Shown piece by piece: positions 1 through 11,394 of a stretch of 64,000 bases of DNA. This stretch comes from a virus. The notes under the pieces were generated by a model. It was not told where the DNA came from. It saw only the letters and a program-made list of their open reading frames with translations, and ran no database searches. Positions within the stretch are counted from its first letter, which is position 1, and each line of letters starts with the position of its first letter. Location of the stretch: positions 15,405 to 79,404 of IMG/VR virus record IMGVR_UViG_3300020055_000012, one strand, 5' to 3'. The position numbers and the translations under genes are program-made.

Positions 1-47
1 CTCCTGCAACAAATAACAATACTGTAAATAGAGGGGCAATTAGTTAT

Positions 48-434
48 GTGCTAGACCCAGCAGGAGCTAGTTTGTTTCTAACTGTAAGTCCAGACGAAGG
101 AAGCTTGGTTTCTGGAAAGGGTGGAGGAAATATAGGTTCAGCTGGTCAAGAAATATTCTTAACCAATACTTATTTCGACCCAGTTCATATAGAAGTTGAA
201 ATGGTAGAGCATGATGTTAAAACTCTATCTTATGCACTTTATGGAAATACAACAAGAGATAATTCAACTGGTATATTAACTTATTTTGATGAGAATGGAA
301 ATATCTACAGACAATATAACTTATATACTAGAAAGAAAGATTTCAATGATGGAAGTGTAGATATTAGACAAATTAGAGAAACTATTAATGTAAATCAAGA
401 TTTCAGAACAATATCACAAGGTCTTGATTCATAA
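48..434 (+). CDS. Hypothetical protein, probably virion-associated and probably the 3' part of a gene starting upstream of the window
   Basis: ORF track; frame appears open to the window edge; adjacent to tail genes. Confidence 0.5.
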   Translation: MLDPAGASLFLTVSPDEGSLVSGKGGGNIGSAGQEIFLTNTYFDPVHIEVEMVEHDVKTLSYALYGNTTRDNSTGILTYFDENGNIYRQYNLYTRKKDFNDGSVDIRQIRETINVNQDFRTISQGLDS

Positions 435-1070
435 TTATAAACCTGTTCCGTAACAAATAATAGCAGTAGAACCAGACTTAATAAGAGTTACAGATGTATG
501 TATATCACTACAAACATTTAATTGGCCGTTTGTTACACCGTTTAAGGTGTAATTAGACCCAAAAGGAACAGTTGCTCCAATTCTTACGCTTCCACCTGTG
601 CCATCTTTTATTTTTATCATTTCGAATGTAGTACCTTCTGGCACTTTACTGCCAATCAGACTAGTTAAATTAAAGTTGTATTGCCCAACAGCGCCTCCTC
701 CTGTTAAATCATCTTTAATAAAAATTACCTCATCTCCTAAAGTATATCCTTTTGTTGGGCTTGTGCTATAATCGCTATTAGTTATAGTAACTTGCCTAAC
801 GCTTTTAATTCTACCATTAGTTTTTGTTATGCCATTTACTGTTAAATCTTCTTGTATTATAGTGTCTCCACTTACTATTAAATCTTCTTCTATTGTAGTA
901 TCTCCAGATATTACAACGTCACCACTAACAGTACCTCCAGTAAGAGCTAAAAAAGAACCTTTAACATTACTTATATTTCTTGCTAAAGTTCTTTTATTAA
1001 CAGCATCTTTATCATATAAAGGGTCTGCTAAATTTTCTCCTCTATTATTTCCAAAATCTACTCTAGCCAT
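435..1070 (-). CDS. Small tail-fibre-like virion protein
   Basis: ADP..DKDAVNK stalk-like motif, LTGGTVSGD and repeated (V/I)SGDTxIxEDL beta repeats; downstream of three spike genes. Confidence 0.5.
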   Translation of the reverse strand: MARVDFGNNRGENLADPLYDKDAVNKRTLARNISNVKGSFLALTGGTVSGDVVISGDTTIEEDLIVSGDTIIQEDLTVNGITKTNGRIKSVRQVTITNSDYSTSPTKGYTLGDEVIFIKDDLTGGGAVGQYNFNLTSLIGSKVPEGTTFEMIKIKDGTGGSVRIGATVPFGSNYTLNGVTNGQLNVCSDIHTSVTLIKSGSTAIICYGTGL

Positions 1071-1072
1071 AA

Positions 1073-3112
1073 TTATTTAAATAATATTTGAACTATACCA
1101 TAATTTCCATCATAGTCTTTTATTGATTTTAGTACATGGTAATCAGTACCATTTATAGCCATACCATTAGTGTCAAAACTAACTTTATCAGTATTTATTT
1201 GTTCAGAAGTTCTAACATGTAACTTTCCTAATAAACCAATTGGAGACCATTCTTTTCTTTCTTCTCTATCTTTATATTCTTGATTTATGTCAAAGTCTGG
1301 ATTTATTCTAGGCACTTTTTTGTCTTTAACAAATTCTTTATCATCTAAATCTCCATTATATAAAACTCCTGAAACATTATTTCCTGAAGGATATTCTATA
1401 TAAGCTGTTTCATTATCGCTTATATAAACTTCTGTTTGACCACTGTTTACCTTGTAAACCTTATAAGTATCTATTATATTTCTTCCAAACTCATCAGATA
1501 AGAATGTATTTTTCCATTTAAAAACTTGAGTATCAGCTATCACACCAGGGTGTGAAGAAACTATTCCTATTATATTAGAATTTCCAATTTCTATTTTATC
1601 ATTAACTATAGATGCTGCATATCCATATCTTTTTTCGTTGTTTGGATTTCCATCATTCCATTCAAAATACTCAGCGTAATCTGCAGTACCTACACTTAAG
1701 CCGCCAAGCCAATACCCTGTAAAGCCTGTAGTATTGCAATCTAAAACTATTGTTCTTGCGCCAGAATCACCAGCTTGAAAAGATTCAATATAATTGATAT
1801 CCTCTGCAACAAAGTTTTCACCAGCGAGATATAAAAAATCTCTATTAGTACTATCATTAGCAATTACTACATTTCCACCTAAAGTGACCGCATTAGACAA
1901 CCCATTCCCTCCAGTAGGGCAAGCCAAGATGTTACTATCACCTCCTAAAATAATATTATTATCAAATCCAAACCCTCCAGATAAATCGTGGGACCTATTT
2001 ATATAATGGCTTTCTCCTCCAATTATAACAGTATTAGATTGTTCAGGGCCAGTAATAAGATTTAATAACCCTCCAACTATAGCAGAATTGTTTAAATCAG
2101 GCTCGTTAGGAAGCCACCCAGAACCATTATATTTAGTAATCCTCTGTTGATTTCCTCCAATTATAACACAATTGTTTGTATAATTATCATTACTATCTGT
2201 TGGTACTGTGGTAAAATTCGAACCAGAACCAATATTGTTAGTTCTACCACCTATAATTGAACCTCTATCTGAATATCCAACATAAGAGTCTATAGCGCTT
2301 AATATAGAACATGTATCAGAACGAAATATATCATTTCGGTTAGACCCAATATAACTAATAGAACCACCAACAATAGAAGACCTAGTAGCATTTGTTATAT
2401 AGCCAGCTGTTCCTGCCATTACTAAATTACCTTCGTTTAGAGGTGCAACCTTACCTACTGTACTTAGGGTATTTTCTATTTCAGACCTTCTTGAACCAAT
2501 TATAAAAGAACTAGTAGCACCACTAATCCAAGAATCATCAGAAGCAATAATAGCAGAATCGGTACTTACTGTATAATCAGTAATACCCGTTTCATCTCCA
2601 TCTTCAATAAGACAATCTAATGAAGCAATTATAGATTGACCAGCACCCAGATTATTATCATTTGAAGCAATACTAGAATTTGAAGAAGCTAAAATAGTAA
2701 CTTTATTAGCATAAGAGCTACCATCACTAGGATATACATTGCAGTTTTCTGAGTATATAAAACTATTATCAGACCTATTTATAGTATTTCCTGAACCTCC
2801 AACAAAAGAATGGTCTGATTCCAATAAATTATTATTTGAACCCTCTACGTGTGTCGCGGTTGCACCAGCTATATCATTATCTGAACCAATAACTCTTGAA
2901 TAGCTTGAAACTAATCCAATAGAATTTCTTGCTCCTTGAACCATGGTAAAAGAAGAAGATGTAGAATTTTCATCAGATGGAGAAGTTAAAGATAAAACAT
3001 CATAAAAAACAGTGCCACCAGTCCAAAAGCTATTAAGCTCAGTAATTGCATCGTTAACTTTAATTCTTCCTTCATTAAAAGTGTCACCAGTAAGTAATAT
3101 TTCAAAAGCCAT
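1073..3112 (-). CDS. Tail spike/fibre with C-terminal peptidase G2-type intramolecular chaperone (autocleavage) domain
   Basis: G/S/N-rich IIGG.N repeats; ADYAEYFEWNDGN...REERKEWSPIGLLGKL signature. Confidence 0.8.
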   Translation of the reverse strand: MAFEILLTGDTFNEGRIKVNDAITELNSFWTGGTVFYDVLSLTSPSDENSTSSSFTMVQGARNSIGLVSSYSRVIGSDNDIAGATATHVEGSNNNLLESDHSFVGGSGNTINRSDNSFIYSENCNVYPSDGSSYANKVTILASSNSSIASNDNNLGAGQSIIASLDCLIEDGDETGITDYTVSTDSAIIASDDSWISGATSSFIIGSRRSEIENTLSTVGKVAPLNEGNLVMAGTAGYITNATRSSIVGGSISYIGSNRNDIFRSDTCSILSAIDSYVGYSDRGSIIGGRTNNIGSGSNFTTVPTDSNDNYTNNCVIIGGNQQRITKYNGSGWLPNEPDLNNSAIVGGLLNLITGPEQSNTVIIGGESHYINRSHDLSGGFGFDNNIILGGDSNILACPTGGNGLSNAVTLGGNVVIANDSTNRDFLYLAGENFVAEDINYIESFQAGDSGARTIVLDCNTTGFTGYWLGGLSVGTADYAEYFEWNDGNPNNEKRYGYAASIVNDKIEIGNSNIIGIVSSHPGVIADTQVFKWKNTFLSDEFGRNIIDTYKVYKVNSGQTEVYISDNETAYIEYPSGNNVSGVLYNGDLDDKEFVKDKKVPRINPDFDINQEYKDREERKEWSPIGLLGKLHVRTSEQINTDKVSFDTNGMAINGTDYHVLKSIKDYDGNYGIVQILFK

Positions 3113-3130
3113 TTTTAATTTTTTTTATAA

Positions 3131-5110
3131 TCATTTAAATAACACTCTAACTATTCCATAATTTCCATCATAGTCTTTTGTTTTTTCTAAAACATAATAT
3201 GAACTACCATTTATAGCCATTCCATTAGCATCAACATCTACTTTGTTTCCTGTTATTTGTTCAGATGTTTTTACATATAATTTTCCTAAAAGCCCTATAG
3301 GAGACCATTCTTTTCTATCTTTTCTTGCTATATATTCTTCATTTTTATCAAAATTAGGATTCATTCTTGGAAATGTTTTTGTTCTAACAAATTCTTTATC
3401 TGAATCATCTCCATCATAAAACTCTCCCATTATATCTATAGGTGAAGGTGGATAAGAATATTTATTATTATTTTCGTCTATATAAATTGTAGCATCTGTT
3501 TTGCCACTTATTTTTACTTCATAAACTTTATAAGTATCATAAATTATTCTATCAAAATCATCTTGTAAATAAGTTTCTTTCCATTGTAGACTGGCAGAAT
3601 CTCCAACCACTGCTGGATTTGCTGATACAATTCCTAATATATTTGAATTTCCTATTTCAATTTTTCCTCCTACTAAAGAAACAAAATAACCAACTCTATC
3701 TTCATTAGAAGCGTTTCCATCGTTCCATTCAAAATATTCAGCATAATCGGCAGGACTACCAACGTTTATGGCATCTTCTAAAAGTCCTTGCCCATTGCTC
3801 ATATTAAATCTAACTGTTTTATTTGCATAAGCAGCAGACCCAGCAGCGGCATAACCCATAATGATTTGGTTATCAGTAGGAGTTGTACAGCCAAAAAATC
3901 CACATGGACGTGTTAGAGTTCTAGAACTCGCTATCATAATGGTATTGGTAGACGCACTAATTGTACTGCTATTACAACCAATCATAACATTATTATCATC
4001 CCCAGTAGTACCAAAAATCACACAATCATCACTTGCAATCATAACACTATTATCAGAAGCTGTAGTTGGATTACCGTCTAAGTATCCTACAGTACTATTA
4101 AAGCTAGCAATAATTGCGTTGTTTTCACCTCCTTGTATACGATTTCGAGCACCACCTAGAATTACACCATGTTTAGCACCAGCAAAAGCTAAAGAAGCTC
4201 CATAACTATCTATTATATTTCTATTTCCTCCAATAATTGCAGAATCTTTACTAGAAAAAGCATCTGAAGCAGTATTTAATGTGTTCTTAATTTCATTTCT
4301 ATCACCCGCTAAAATTAAGCTATGTTCTAAAGTTTGACCTGTAGAACCTATAGATGAAACAATAGAAGATGTTGTACCAGTTCTTATTGCGTTTGGACCT
4401 ATACCTGAAACAGAAGACCCAGTTATACCACCTAGTATAGTACACCCTGCTGAATCAGAAATTTGATTATCATTACCGCCAGCAATAGCATTCCAAGCAA
4501 AAAGACCATTATCTTCATTATATATAGTATTTCCCCTACCTCCTAATATGCTATTATAACCAACTCCACCACCTCCTGAAACGTTGCTTTCAAGTGTATT
4601 AGATACACCACCACCAATAAAAGCCCATTCATTATTTCGTATAGTGTTTCCACTACCTACAAATATGGCAGTATGTTGAGACGCATCTGTACTATCTTCA
4701 ACAATAGAATTTTGTTGTCCACCAACTATTGCTGTATATATAGAAGCAGTATTGTTATTTTCTCCAAAACAAAAAGAATAAGGTCTACTAGCAACAGAGT
4801 TTATTCCACCTGCAAAAGCGCTCCCACCAGCTGTGGTTCCCGAACCTATAGCATGACCATAACTTCCTGAAACAGTTGTTAACTCACCTTCAGCAAAAGC
4901 AAGACCAGATGGTGTTCCATTGGCAGTAGTCCCAGAGCCTGATGCGTAAGAATAATCTCCAAAAGCAGTATTAGCACTATTGCTAATAGCAACAACAGAA
5001 TAAGCACCAGTATTACCAGATGCCCAAAGACCAGTAGTAGCAGAAAAAGCACCATTAATTAAATCAACTGCTTCAAATGTAGTATTGCTTGTAATTATTA
5101 ATTCTGGCAT
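3131..5110 (-). CDS. Tail spike/fibre with peptidase G2-type chaperone domain (paralogue 2)
   Basis: Same ADYAEYFEW...EWSPIGLLGKL C-terminus; YadA-like AFAEG repeats. Confidence 0.8.
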   Translation of the reverse strand: MPELIITSNTTFEAVDLINGAFSATTGLWASGNTGAYSVVAISNSANTAFGDYSYASGSGTTANGTPSGLAFAEGELTTVSGSYGHAIGSGTTAGGSAFAGGINSVASRPYSFCFGENNNTASIYTAIVGGQQNSIVEDSTDASQHTAIFVGSGNTIRNNEWAFIGGGVSNTLESNVSGGGGVGYNSILGGRGNTIYNEDNGLFAWNAIAGGNDNQISDSAGCTILGGITGSSVSGIGPNAIRTGTTSSIVSSIGSTGQTLEHSLILAGDRNEIKNTLNTASDAFSSKDSAIIGGNRNIIDSYGASLAFAGAKHGVILGGARNRIQGGENNAIIASFNSTVGYLDGNPTTASDNSVMIASDDCVIFGTTGDDNNVMIGCNSSTISASTNTIMIASSRTLTRPCGFFGCTTPTDNQIIMGYAAAGSAAYANKTVRFNMSNGQGLLEDAINVGSPADYAEYFEWNDGNASNEDRVGYFVSLVGGKIEIGNSNILGIVSANPAVVGDSASLQWKETYLQDDFDRIIYDTYKVYEVKISGKTDATIYIDENNNKYSYPPSPIDIMGEFYDGDDSDKEFVRTKTFPRMNPNFDKNEEYIARKDRKEWSPIGLLGKLYVKTSEQITGNKVDVDANGMAINGSSYYVLEKTKDYDGNYGIVRVLFK

Positions 5111-5116
5111 CTTAAT

Positions 5117-7105
5117 TTATTTAAATAATATTTTAACAACTCCATAACTTCCGTCATAAGGTTTTTTGTTTTCTAAAACATAATAATCGTTTCCATTTAT
5201 TGCCATTCCATTAGAATCAGCACTAACTGTTGCTCCTGTTATTTGTTCAGAAGTTCTTACATTTAATTTACCTAATAAACCAATTGGAGACCACTCTTTT
5301 CTTTCTTCTCTAGATAAATAATTTCTTTCTGGGTCATAATTTGGATTTATTATAGGAATACTTTTGTTTTCTACGAAGCTTTTCCTACTTATATCTCCAC
5401 TATATAAAGTTCCTGGTACGTTTGTTGGATTAGGTGGCTCACTATAAACTTTATCATTAGAGTCTATATATATTTCTAATTCTTCATCCTCTAATTTGTA
5501 AATTTTATAATTATCATATACTCTATTGCTCCACTCATCTGTTATATACATTTCTTTCCACTTAAAACTAGCAGCATCACCAACAACAGCAGGAGTGGCT
5601 GATACAACTCCTACAATATTACTATTTCCTATCTCTACCTTTTCACCAATTAAAGAAGTAAAATAACCAACTCTATCTTCATCAGAAGGGTTTCCATCGT
5701 TCCACTCAAAATATTCAGCATAATCGGCAGGAGCACCAGCATCAGCAGTACCTGTAAAATAACCTTGACCTACCGTTCCGTTGAATGCTACTTTATTGTT
5801 GGTTGTTGATGGAGTGTTAGGAAGTACATCATCATATGCAAGCAACCAAGTGTTTCCACTAAATTGTTTATTTTTACCACCAGAACCCATAAGAACAAAA
5901 TTTCCTACTATACCACCACCACCAAAACCTTCAATTTTATTGTCGTAACCTCCTATTATTGCTGAATGTTGAATTGTATATTGAGAAGATGAATTTTTTT
6001 GACCTATTGTATTGCTAACTCCACCAATTATTGCACATTCTGTTACACCATAACCAAGTAAAGATTTTTGCGCTATAGTGTTTCCACTTCCTCCTATTAT
6101 TGCACTGTTATCAGTTCCAATAATTTCATTTCTTTGACCTGCTACTAAAACAACGTTTTCCGCATGCGCATTAGATATACCAGTAATTTCATTTGATATA
6201 GCATTATTTGCTCCACCAATAATAGCTGAATTTTCAGAAGAAATATCTCCAGAAGAAGCAGGAGTTATACTACTACTATTTGAAGAGATAATTGAACTAG
6301 TTAATCCTCCACTTATAATAGAATCTCTAGAGCTTATAATAGAAGAGGTTGTAGAACCAGATAATTTATTTCTGTAATCAATAACAGCGACAGCATCACT
6401 ACCTCCACCTACAATTATAGAGCCACCAGAATTTTCTATAATATTCTCAGAACCTGATATTATACCTGAACTTTCTACATAGCTATCATTTACAATTCTT
6501 GTACCGCCAGCAGCAAAGTAAGTACCACCAACAATAAAACTATATTCAGAGTTTACAATATCAGAAAAAGGACCCGGTGATATCATAATATTTGCTGCTT
6601 CTGTTTTTCCAGCAAAAGGAGAAGTAATAGATTGACCTTGTTTAGAACCTCCAAAAATACCACTATTAAAAGTATCTACAGTTCTATTAAGCCCTCCTAA
6701 TAATACAGAAGTTCCACCACTAGCTATATGATTGCCTCCATCAGCTTCGCCAAAACAAAAAGAAGTTACTCCTGTTGCTTGCAAAGAATCTACACCGTTA
6801 TCAGGACCACCTCCTGCAAAAGATTGGTCACCTGTTGCCTCAGCTCCATAACCAAAAGCCCAAGAAGCAATACCGCTTGACAATGTATCTCGTCCTTGAG
6901 CATGGGAGTTTCTATTTGTAGCATCTGTTCCTGAGCCAAATGCTGTAGAACCATCACCACTGGCTAAATTTGCTGGCGAAGCTATTTGCTCAATAGAATT
7001 TACCCCAGTACCTCTTTCAAAAACATATGACGCAGCATCATTGGCATCATTAATTTTAATTCTACCTTCATTTACATTATCACCAGTTAATATTAGTTCT
7101 GACAT
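5117..7105 (-). CDS. Tail spike/fibre with peptidase G2-type chaperone domain (paralogue 3)
   Basis: Same C-terminal signature; N-terminal ELILTGDNVNEGRIKIN anchor. Confidence 0.8.
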   Translation of the reverse strand: MSELILTGDNVNEGRIKINDANDAASYVFERGTGVNSIEQIASPANLASGDGSTAFGSGTDATNRNSHAQGRDTLSSGIASWAFGYGAEATGDQSFAGGGPDNGVDSLQATGVTSFCFGEADGGNHIASGGTSVLLGGLNRTVDTFNSGIFGGSKQGQSITSPFAGKTEAANIMISPGPFSDIVNSEYSFIVGGTYFAAGGTRIVNDSYVESSGIISGSENIIENSGGSIIVGGGSDAVAVIDYRNKLSGSTTSSIISSRDSIISGGLTSSIISSNSSSITPASSGDISSENSAIIGGANNAISNEITGISNAHAENVVLVAGQRNEIIGTDNSAIIGGSGNTIAQKSLLGYGVTECAIIGGVSNTIGQKNSSSQYTIQHSAIIGGYDNKIEGFGGGGIVGNFVLMGSGGKNKQFSGNTWLLAYDDVLPNTPSTTNNKVAFNGTVGQGYFTGTADAGAPADYAEYFEWNDGNPSDEDRVGYFTSLIGEKVEIGNSNIVGVVSATPAVVGDAASFKWKEMYITDEWSNRVYDNYKIYKLEDEELEIYIDSNDKVYSEPPNPTNVPGTLYSGDISRKSFVENKSIPIINPNYDPERNYLSREERKEWSPIGLLGKLNVRTSEQITGATVSADSNGMAINGNDYYVLENKKPYDGSYGVVKILFK

Positions 7106-7182
7106 TTATTATTCTTTTTTATATAAATATTACTATCTATTTTTAATCTATTAATTTATTTACATAATTTAAAATGTAAATA

Positions 7183-8679
7183 CTATACAAAAATACAATC
7201 TCCCACATCTGCAAAGGTTGTTCCTGTGCTACCCCACAATAAGTTTATTGTTAATTCAAGACCTGTTGTGTCTCCATCTATATCATAAGGTTGTGGTGTA
7301 TCAGCATAACCAGGTTTTGTAACAGTAACTATACCAGCACCACCAGCAACATTGTTTACAGTATAATTACCATTAGAATCTGTAATTGCAGAGAAGCTTG
7401 TACCAGCACCACCACCTAAAGGCTCATTAGTTCCTGCTGAAATTGTAGTATCAGTTGTTGTATCAACTCCAACTTCTAAAACTGAAGTTGTTAATTGAAC
7501 TGTAAATGTAACAGTAGCGCCAGAAACAGGACAACCATAGTTGTAGTCTTGGTAAACAGTTCCTTGAACTGTGTAAATTCCATCAGTATCTGTTATAGCC
7601 GTTTCGTTTCTACCCCAGTTAGTTACGCTTTGTTTTACTCCAAATAAATTAATAACTTCTTTTGTGTTTCCAAGCCTATACAAAAAAGAAGAGTCAGGAC
7701 TTAAAGTAACAGAAAATGTTCTTACAAAATCAGCTATACCTTCTTGTTTAGGTATATTAAAAGTACTAGCTCCTGTAAAAGTAGCATCTGTTAAATCGTA
7801 TGTAACTTGTAATTTATAATAATCTCCATCTGAAACGTTATTAAAACTAAAGATAGGAGAAAAAGTATCTAATTGACCTATTACGGTAGGACCTCCGTCT
7901 ACCACATCTATATTTGGTTTTTGAGGAGCTGAAAAATAAGTAAAAGTAGCACCATTTGTTGTTAATCCTGAAAAAGTTCCTCCACTAATTATTGTTTGGT
8001 CTTTTTCTGTAGTAACTAAAAAGTTTCCATCTGAATTAAGACCAGAATATGAAAAGTCTACAGCAGAACCTCCGCTTAAAATTTTAAAACCACCTAAAGT
8101 CTTATCTCTTTCTTGTATAAATTCATATCTAGTATCTATAAAGTATTGAGCTTTATCTAAAAGCAGCTGTTCCGCAAAACTATTTGCTGGTTTTACTATT
8201 TCAGGAAGAGTAAGAATATGAGTAGGAGTAGATATAGTATCTCCTGTTTCGTATAATGTTACTAAAGGAGTTCCTAACAAAGATGAAATGGTTTCTTTTG
8301 TTGGAGTAAAACCAGTAGAACCAGTAAAACTATTTATTTCATCTCCATCTTCATCTAAGTTTTGAACAACAAAATCATAAGTTGGAAAATCAACTCTGTA
8401 TATATCATAAACAACATTTGTAATTCCTGAAAAAGAACTAGTATTTGCAGTATAATTGTATGTTAATGATTTTTGATTGTTTACATTTACAGAAATACCA
8501 TCAACTACCTGTTGATAATATTTAAAAGTAGCACCTTGAAGATTGTACAAAGGCAAATTAAAAACTTTTGGCTCAACAGGTGGTTCAAATATTTTTGGTA
8601 TAGTATTTTGTATAAATACTTGTGAAATACCATCGTTTTCACCAATAGTCCTAGATGTTATTACTTTATTTATTGACAT
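7183..8679 (-). CDS. Virion structural protein with C-terminal Ig-like/carboxypeptidase-regulatory-like domain
   Basis: VQGTVY..PVSGATV...TDSNGNYTV...VTVTKPGY pattern. Confidence 0.55.
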   Translation of the reverse strand: MSINKVITSRTIGENDGISQVFIQNTIPKIFEPPVEPKVFNLPLYNLQGATFKYYQQVVDGISVNVNNQKSLTYNYTANTSSFSGITNVVYDIYRVDFPTYDFVVQNLDEDGDEINSFTGSTGFTPTKETISSLLGTPLVTLYETGDTISTPTHILTLPEIVKPANSFAEQLLLDKAQYFIDTRYEFIQERDKTLGGFKILSGGSAVDFSYSGLNSDGNFLVTTEKDQTIISGGTFSGLTTNGATFTYFSAPQKPNIDVVDGGPTVIGQLDTFSPIFSFNNVSDGDYYKLQVTYDLTDATFTGASTFNIPKQEGIADFVRTFSVTLSPDSSFLYRLGNTKEVINLFGVKQSVTNWGRNETAITDTDGIYTVQGTVYQDYNYGCPVSGATVTFTVQLTTSVLEVGVDTTTDTTISAGTNEPLGGGAGTSFSAITDSNGNYTVNNVAGGAGIVTVTKPGYADTPQPYDIDGDTTGLELTINLLWGSTGTTFADVGDCIFV

Positions 8680-8680
8680 A

Positions 8681-11212
8681 TTATTCTGGGTAAATTATTG
8701 GTGTTAGCTGTGGAGGGTCTGCATAAGGTGTTGTGTTTAAATCTTCTTCAAATATACTTCCTGTAGCGTTTGCTAAATTTGTATTAGGCTCTAAAGATGT
8801 AGGTAATGTAACTTCGAAATTAGAAATGTCAACAGTTCCTTCTGGATTTTCTGGTATTATTGCAGTTAAGTTATGAGTGTTAATTTCTTCGTCAAAATTA
8901 TTCTCTAAACTTACAGTAAAATCTGCAGCTTGTACAGTAGGCTCAAAAACAGGAGGTATATCTACTTTAAATTCAGAACCATCATTTATCCCAGGTCTAT
9001 AAATAAATCTATGCCTATTAAATTCTGTATTTTTATAAACAGTACCATAAGAGTTTAGTATACTTGTTGAAGGTATAAAGAAAGGAACTAAATTTTGAAA
9101 ATTCCTTTCTAGTAAATTTAAAAACTTTTCTAACTTTCTAAAAGTTAATCTATTAGACATGTTAGCATCTAAAAGCATATAAGTTATATAAATTTTCTTT
9201 AAATCCCTATAAGTACCAGTATGACCTTGTTGCCAGCCTAAAGTTTTTCTATTTCTTGGGTCTACATTTCTAGCATAAATATATTCTAACCAGTTTTGTA
9301 TTGTCATTGCACTCATGTTAGGAGGAAAAACATCTTCTAACTCTTCTACTTGCCATTCAAAAGGAACTGTTAAGGCAGAAAAAACAGGAGCCAAGCTTCC
9401 CCATCCCCACCATCCATATCCTAATTCATACCAATCCATTACATCACATTCGATAGCTCTAGAAGACCTAAGGTCTACGTTAATTTCTTTTGTGTTTACT
9501 ATATTTCTGGTATTACCTGATTTAATTTTTAGATTATCAACTTTTAGTGTTGGGTCAAATTCAGCCCCTAAGCTTTCTATAAAAAATTGCCCATCACCTC
9601 TTCCTTTTCCTCCTAATTGGAATGGGGTTGAGTTTACATCTGGATAACCATCTGCCAATTGAGATGCGCCATCTATTAAAGTTCCATCTTCATCTACAGC
9701 GCTATTATCTAAATTAAGCGAAGAAGTGATACTTCCACTACCGTCAACACCACCTTCTCCATCTCCTTCTAAGCTATCTAAAGCATTTGAAAGTAAATTT
9801 TCTTGTACTTGTTTAACTTCATAAATAAATTCTTCTAAATTAAACAAACAATCCGGGGCTCCTAATAACTTAAAAATAAAATTTAAAGCATCTCTAGTTC
9901 CTCTTTTTTTGTAAAGCCAAACTATATTGTTTAACATTCTCCTCCAAAGCTCTAAATTATAATCATCATAAGACCTGCCCGTTTCATCAACCTCACCAGC
10001 TAAATAATCTAGTATATTTTCACTACTAAAAGCGTTTGGCAATTTTGCTCCTAAAAGATTTGCTAATCTTACAACAAATTTATTAGGTATACTTTCAGAA
10101 CCGTCATAACTAATTGAGTGTGCATAAGCTAAACCGTCTATATACTGTTTAATTTTATCAAACTCTTCTGCATATGTTATTGTTAGCTTTCTATATATTT
10201 GATTTTCTGAATCTAAATTAACAAAGTTTTCAGGAAGCATAGTCCTGAGCATTATGTCTGTTTTTTCTTGGTCAACACTTCTTGCTGAATTTAATATAGA
10301 AGTTGCATAATTTTCAAATTCAAAACCATAACTATTTGGAGCAAAACCATCTATTGTTCTAGGCCAAGTAAATGTAACTCTCTCATAAGTATCAGTATCT
10401 GGGCTTGGAACTAAAAAATTTCCACTATTAAGCAGTTGTTCTTCTAGATTAGAAATTGTTTTTTTGTACTGACCATATCTTGCTCTTGTAGGTCTTATAT
10501 ATAATGGATAAGAAAATTCAGTAGAAGTAATAGGTTCTTCTGGGAGTAATATTCCTTCAATTGTAAATTCAAAATAATTTCCAAGAGAATAATTATAAGA
10601 AATTATTTTGTGTATTACATTAACAAAAGTATCCCCAGTTATTGTACTTTGCGAATCTCCACTTAATTGAATTGCAAACTTATCGGTATCATTAAATAAG
10701 TCAATTTCCATTTCGCTTTGTTCTGTACGACCAGAAACATATATAATGTTACCTTGGTTTGTAATTGAAGAAAAAGCAACTTTAAAGCTAGAAAAGTTTT
10801 GAACTAAATCGTGTGAATAATCATATATTGTTACTCCACTTGAAATCGATTGAGATAAAAAAGCATATGGAAAATTGTCTACTATACTATTTATAGCGTT
10901 TGCAACTTTTGTATAAAATGAACCAAAATAAGCATAACTTGTTGGCTCTTCTGGATTTAGGTTTAATTCATTTTCTTTTGTATTAACAATTCTTAAAACA
11001 TCAAAATCTGTAGAATCTGAATTATTTATATTATAATATGAACTAAAAGATAGTTGTGAATCAGTATTATCTAAAAAGTTTTGCTGTACATCCCTATCTA
11101 GCCTAAAATTACCAAAAGTAAAAACAGATTCAGAATTTGTAGCAGCGAACCTAACGTCCCTACCAGGTGTAGGATTTACATCCAAAGTTGTACCTGTATT
11201 TATAGATGCCAT
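8681..11212 (-). CDS. Baseplate/tail structural protein
   Basis: WLYKKRGTRDALNFIFKLLG resembles the baseplate wedge (P2 gpI-like) motif; context. Confidence 0.55.
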   Translation of the reverse strand: MASINTGTTLDVNPTPGRDVRFAATNSESVFTFGNFRLDRDVQQNFLDNTDSQLSFSSYYNINNSDSTDFDVLRIVNTKENELNLNPEEPTSYAYFGSFYTKVANAINSIVDNFPYAFLSQSISSGVTIYDYSHDLVQNFSSFKVAFSSITNQGNIIYVSGRTEQSEMEIDLFNDTDKFAIQLSGDSQSTITGDTFVNVIHKIISYNYSLGNYFEFTIEGILLPEEPITSTEFSYPLYIRPTRARYGQYKKTISNLEEQLLNSGNFLVPSPDTDTYERVTFTWPRTIDGFAPNSYGFEFENYATSILNSARSVDQEKTDIMLRTMLPENFVNLDSENQIYRKLTITYAEEFDKIKQYIDGLAYAHSISYDGSESIPNKFVVRLANLLGAKLPNAFSSENILDYLAGEVDETGRSYDDYNLELWRRMLNNIVWLYKKRGTRDALNFIFKLLGAPDCLFNLEEFIYEVKQVQENLLSNALDSLEGDGEGGVDGSGSITSSLNLDNSAVDEDGTLIDGASQLADGYPDVNSTPFQLGGKGRGDGQFFIESLGAEFDPTLKVDNLKIKSGNTRNIVNTKEINVDLRSSRAIECDVMDWYELGYGWWGWGSLAPVFSALTVPFEWQVEELEDVFPPNMSAMTIQNWLEYIYARNVDPRNRKTLGWQQGHTGTYRDLKKIYITYMLLDANMSNRLTFRKLEKFLNLLERNFQNLVPFFIPSTSILNSYGTVYKNTEFNRHRFIYRPGINDGSEFKVDIPPVFEPTVQAADFTVSLENNFDEEINTHNLTAIIPENPEGTVDISNFEVTLPTSLEPNTNLANATGSIFEEDLNTTPYADPPQLTPIIYPE

Positions 11213-11394
11213 TTATAAAACTTTTTTTTAATAAATATTACAGCAAAAAAAGTTATAAAATTATTTCTATTTTTTTTTATAATCTATTTATTGCTAAGGA
11301 AATTATTTTTTTTTAAAATATTATGTAATCAAAAGTTTACTTTAATAGTTTAGAAATTATATTATACTAAATTCCTTAAAAGAGTAAATAGAAA

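Noticed and set aside
1073-7105. Diversity-generating retroelement acting on the fibre genes
   Set aside because: No reverse transcriptase or adenine-specific template/variable repeat pair visible in the window
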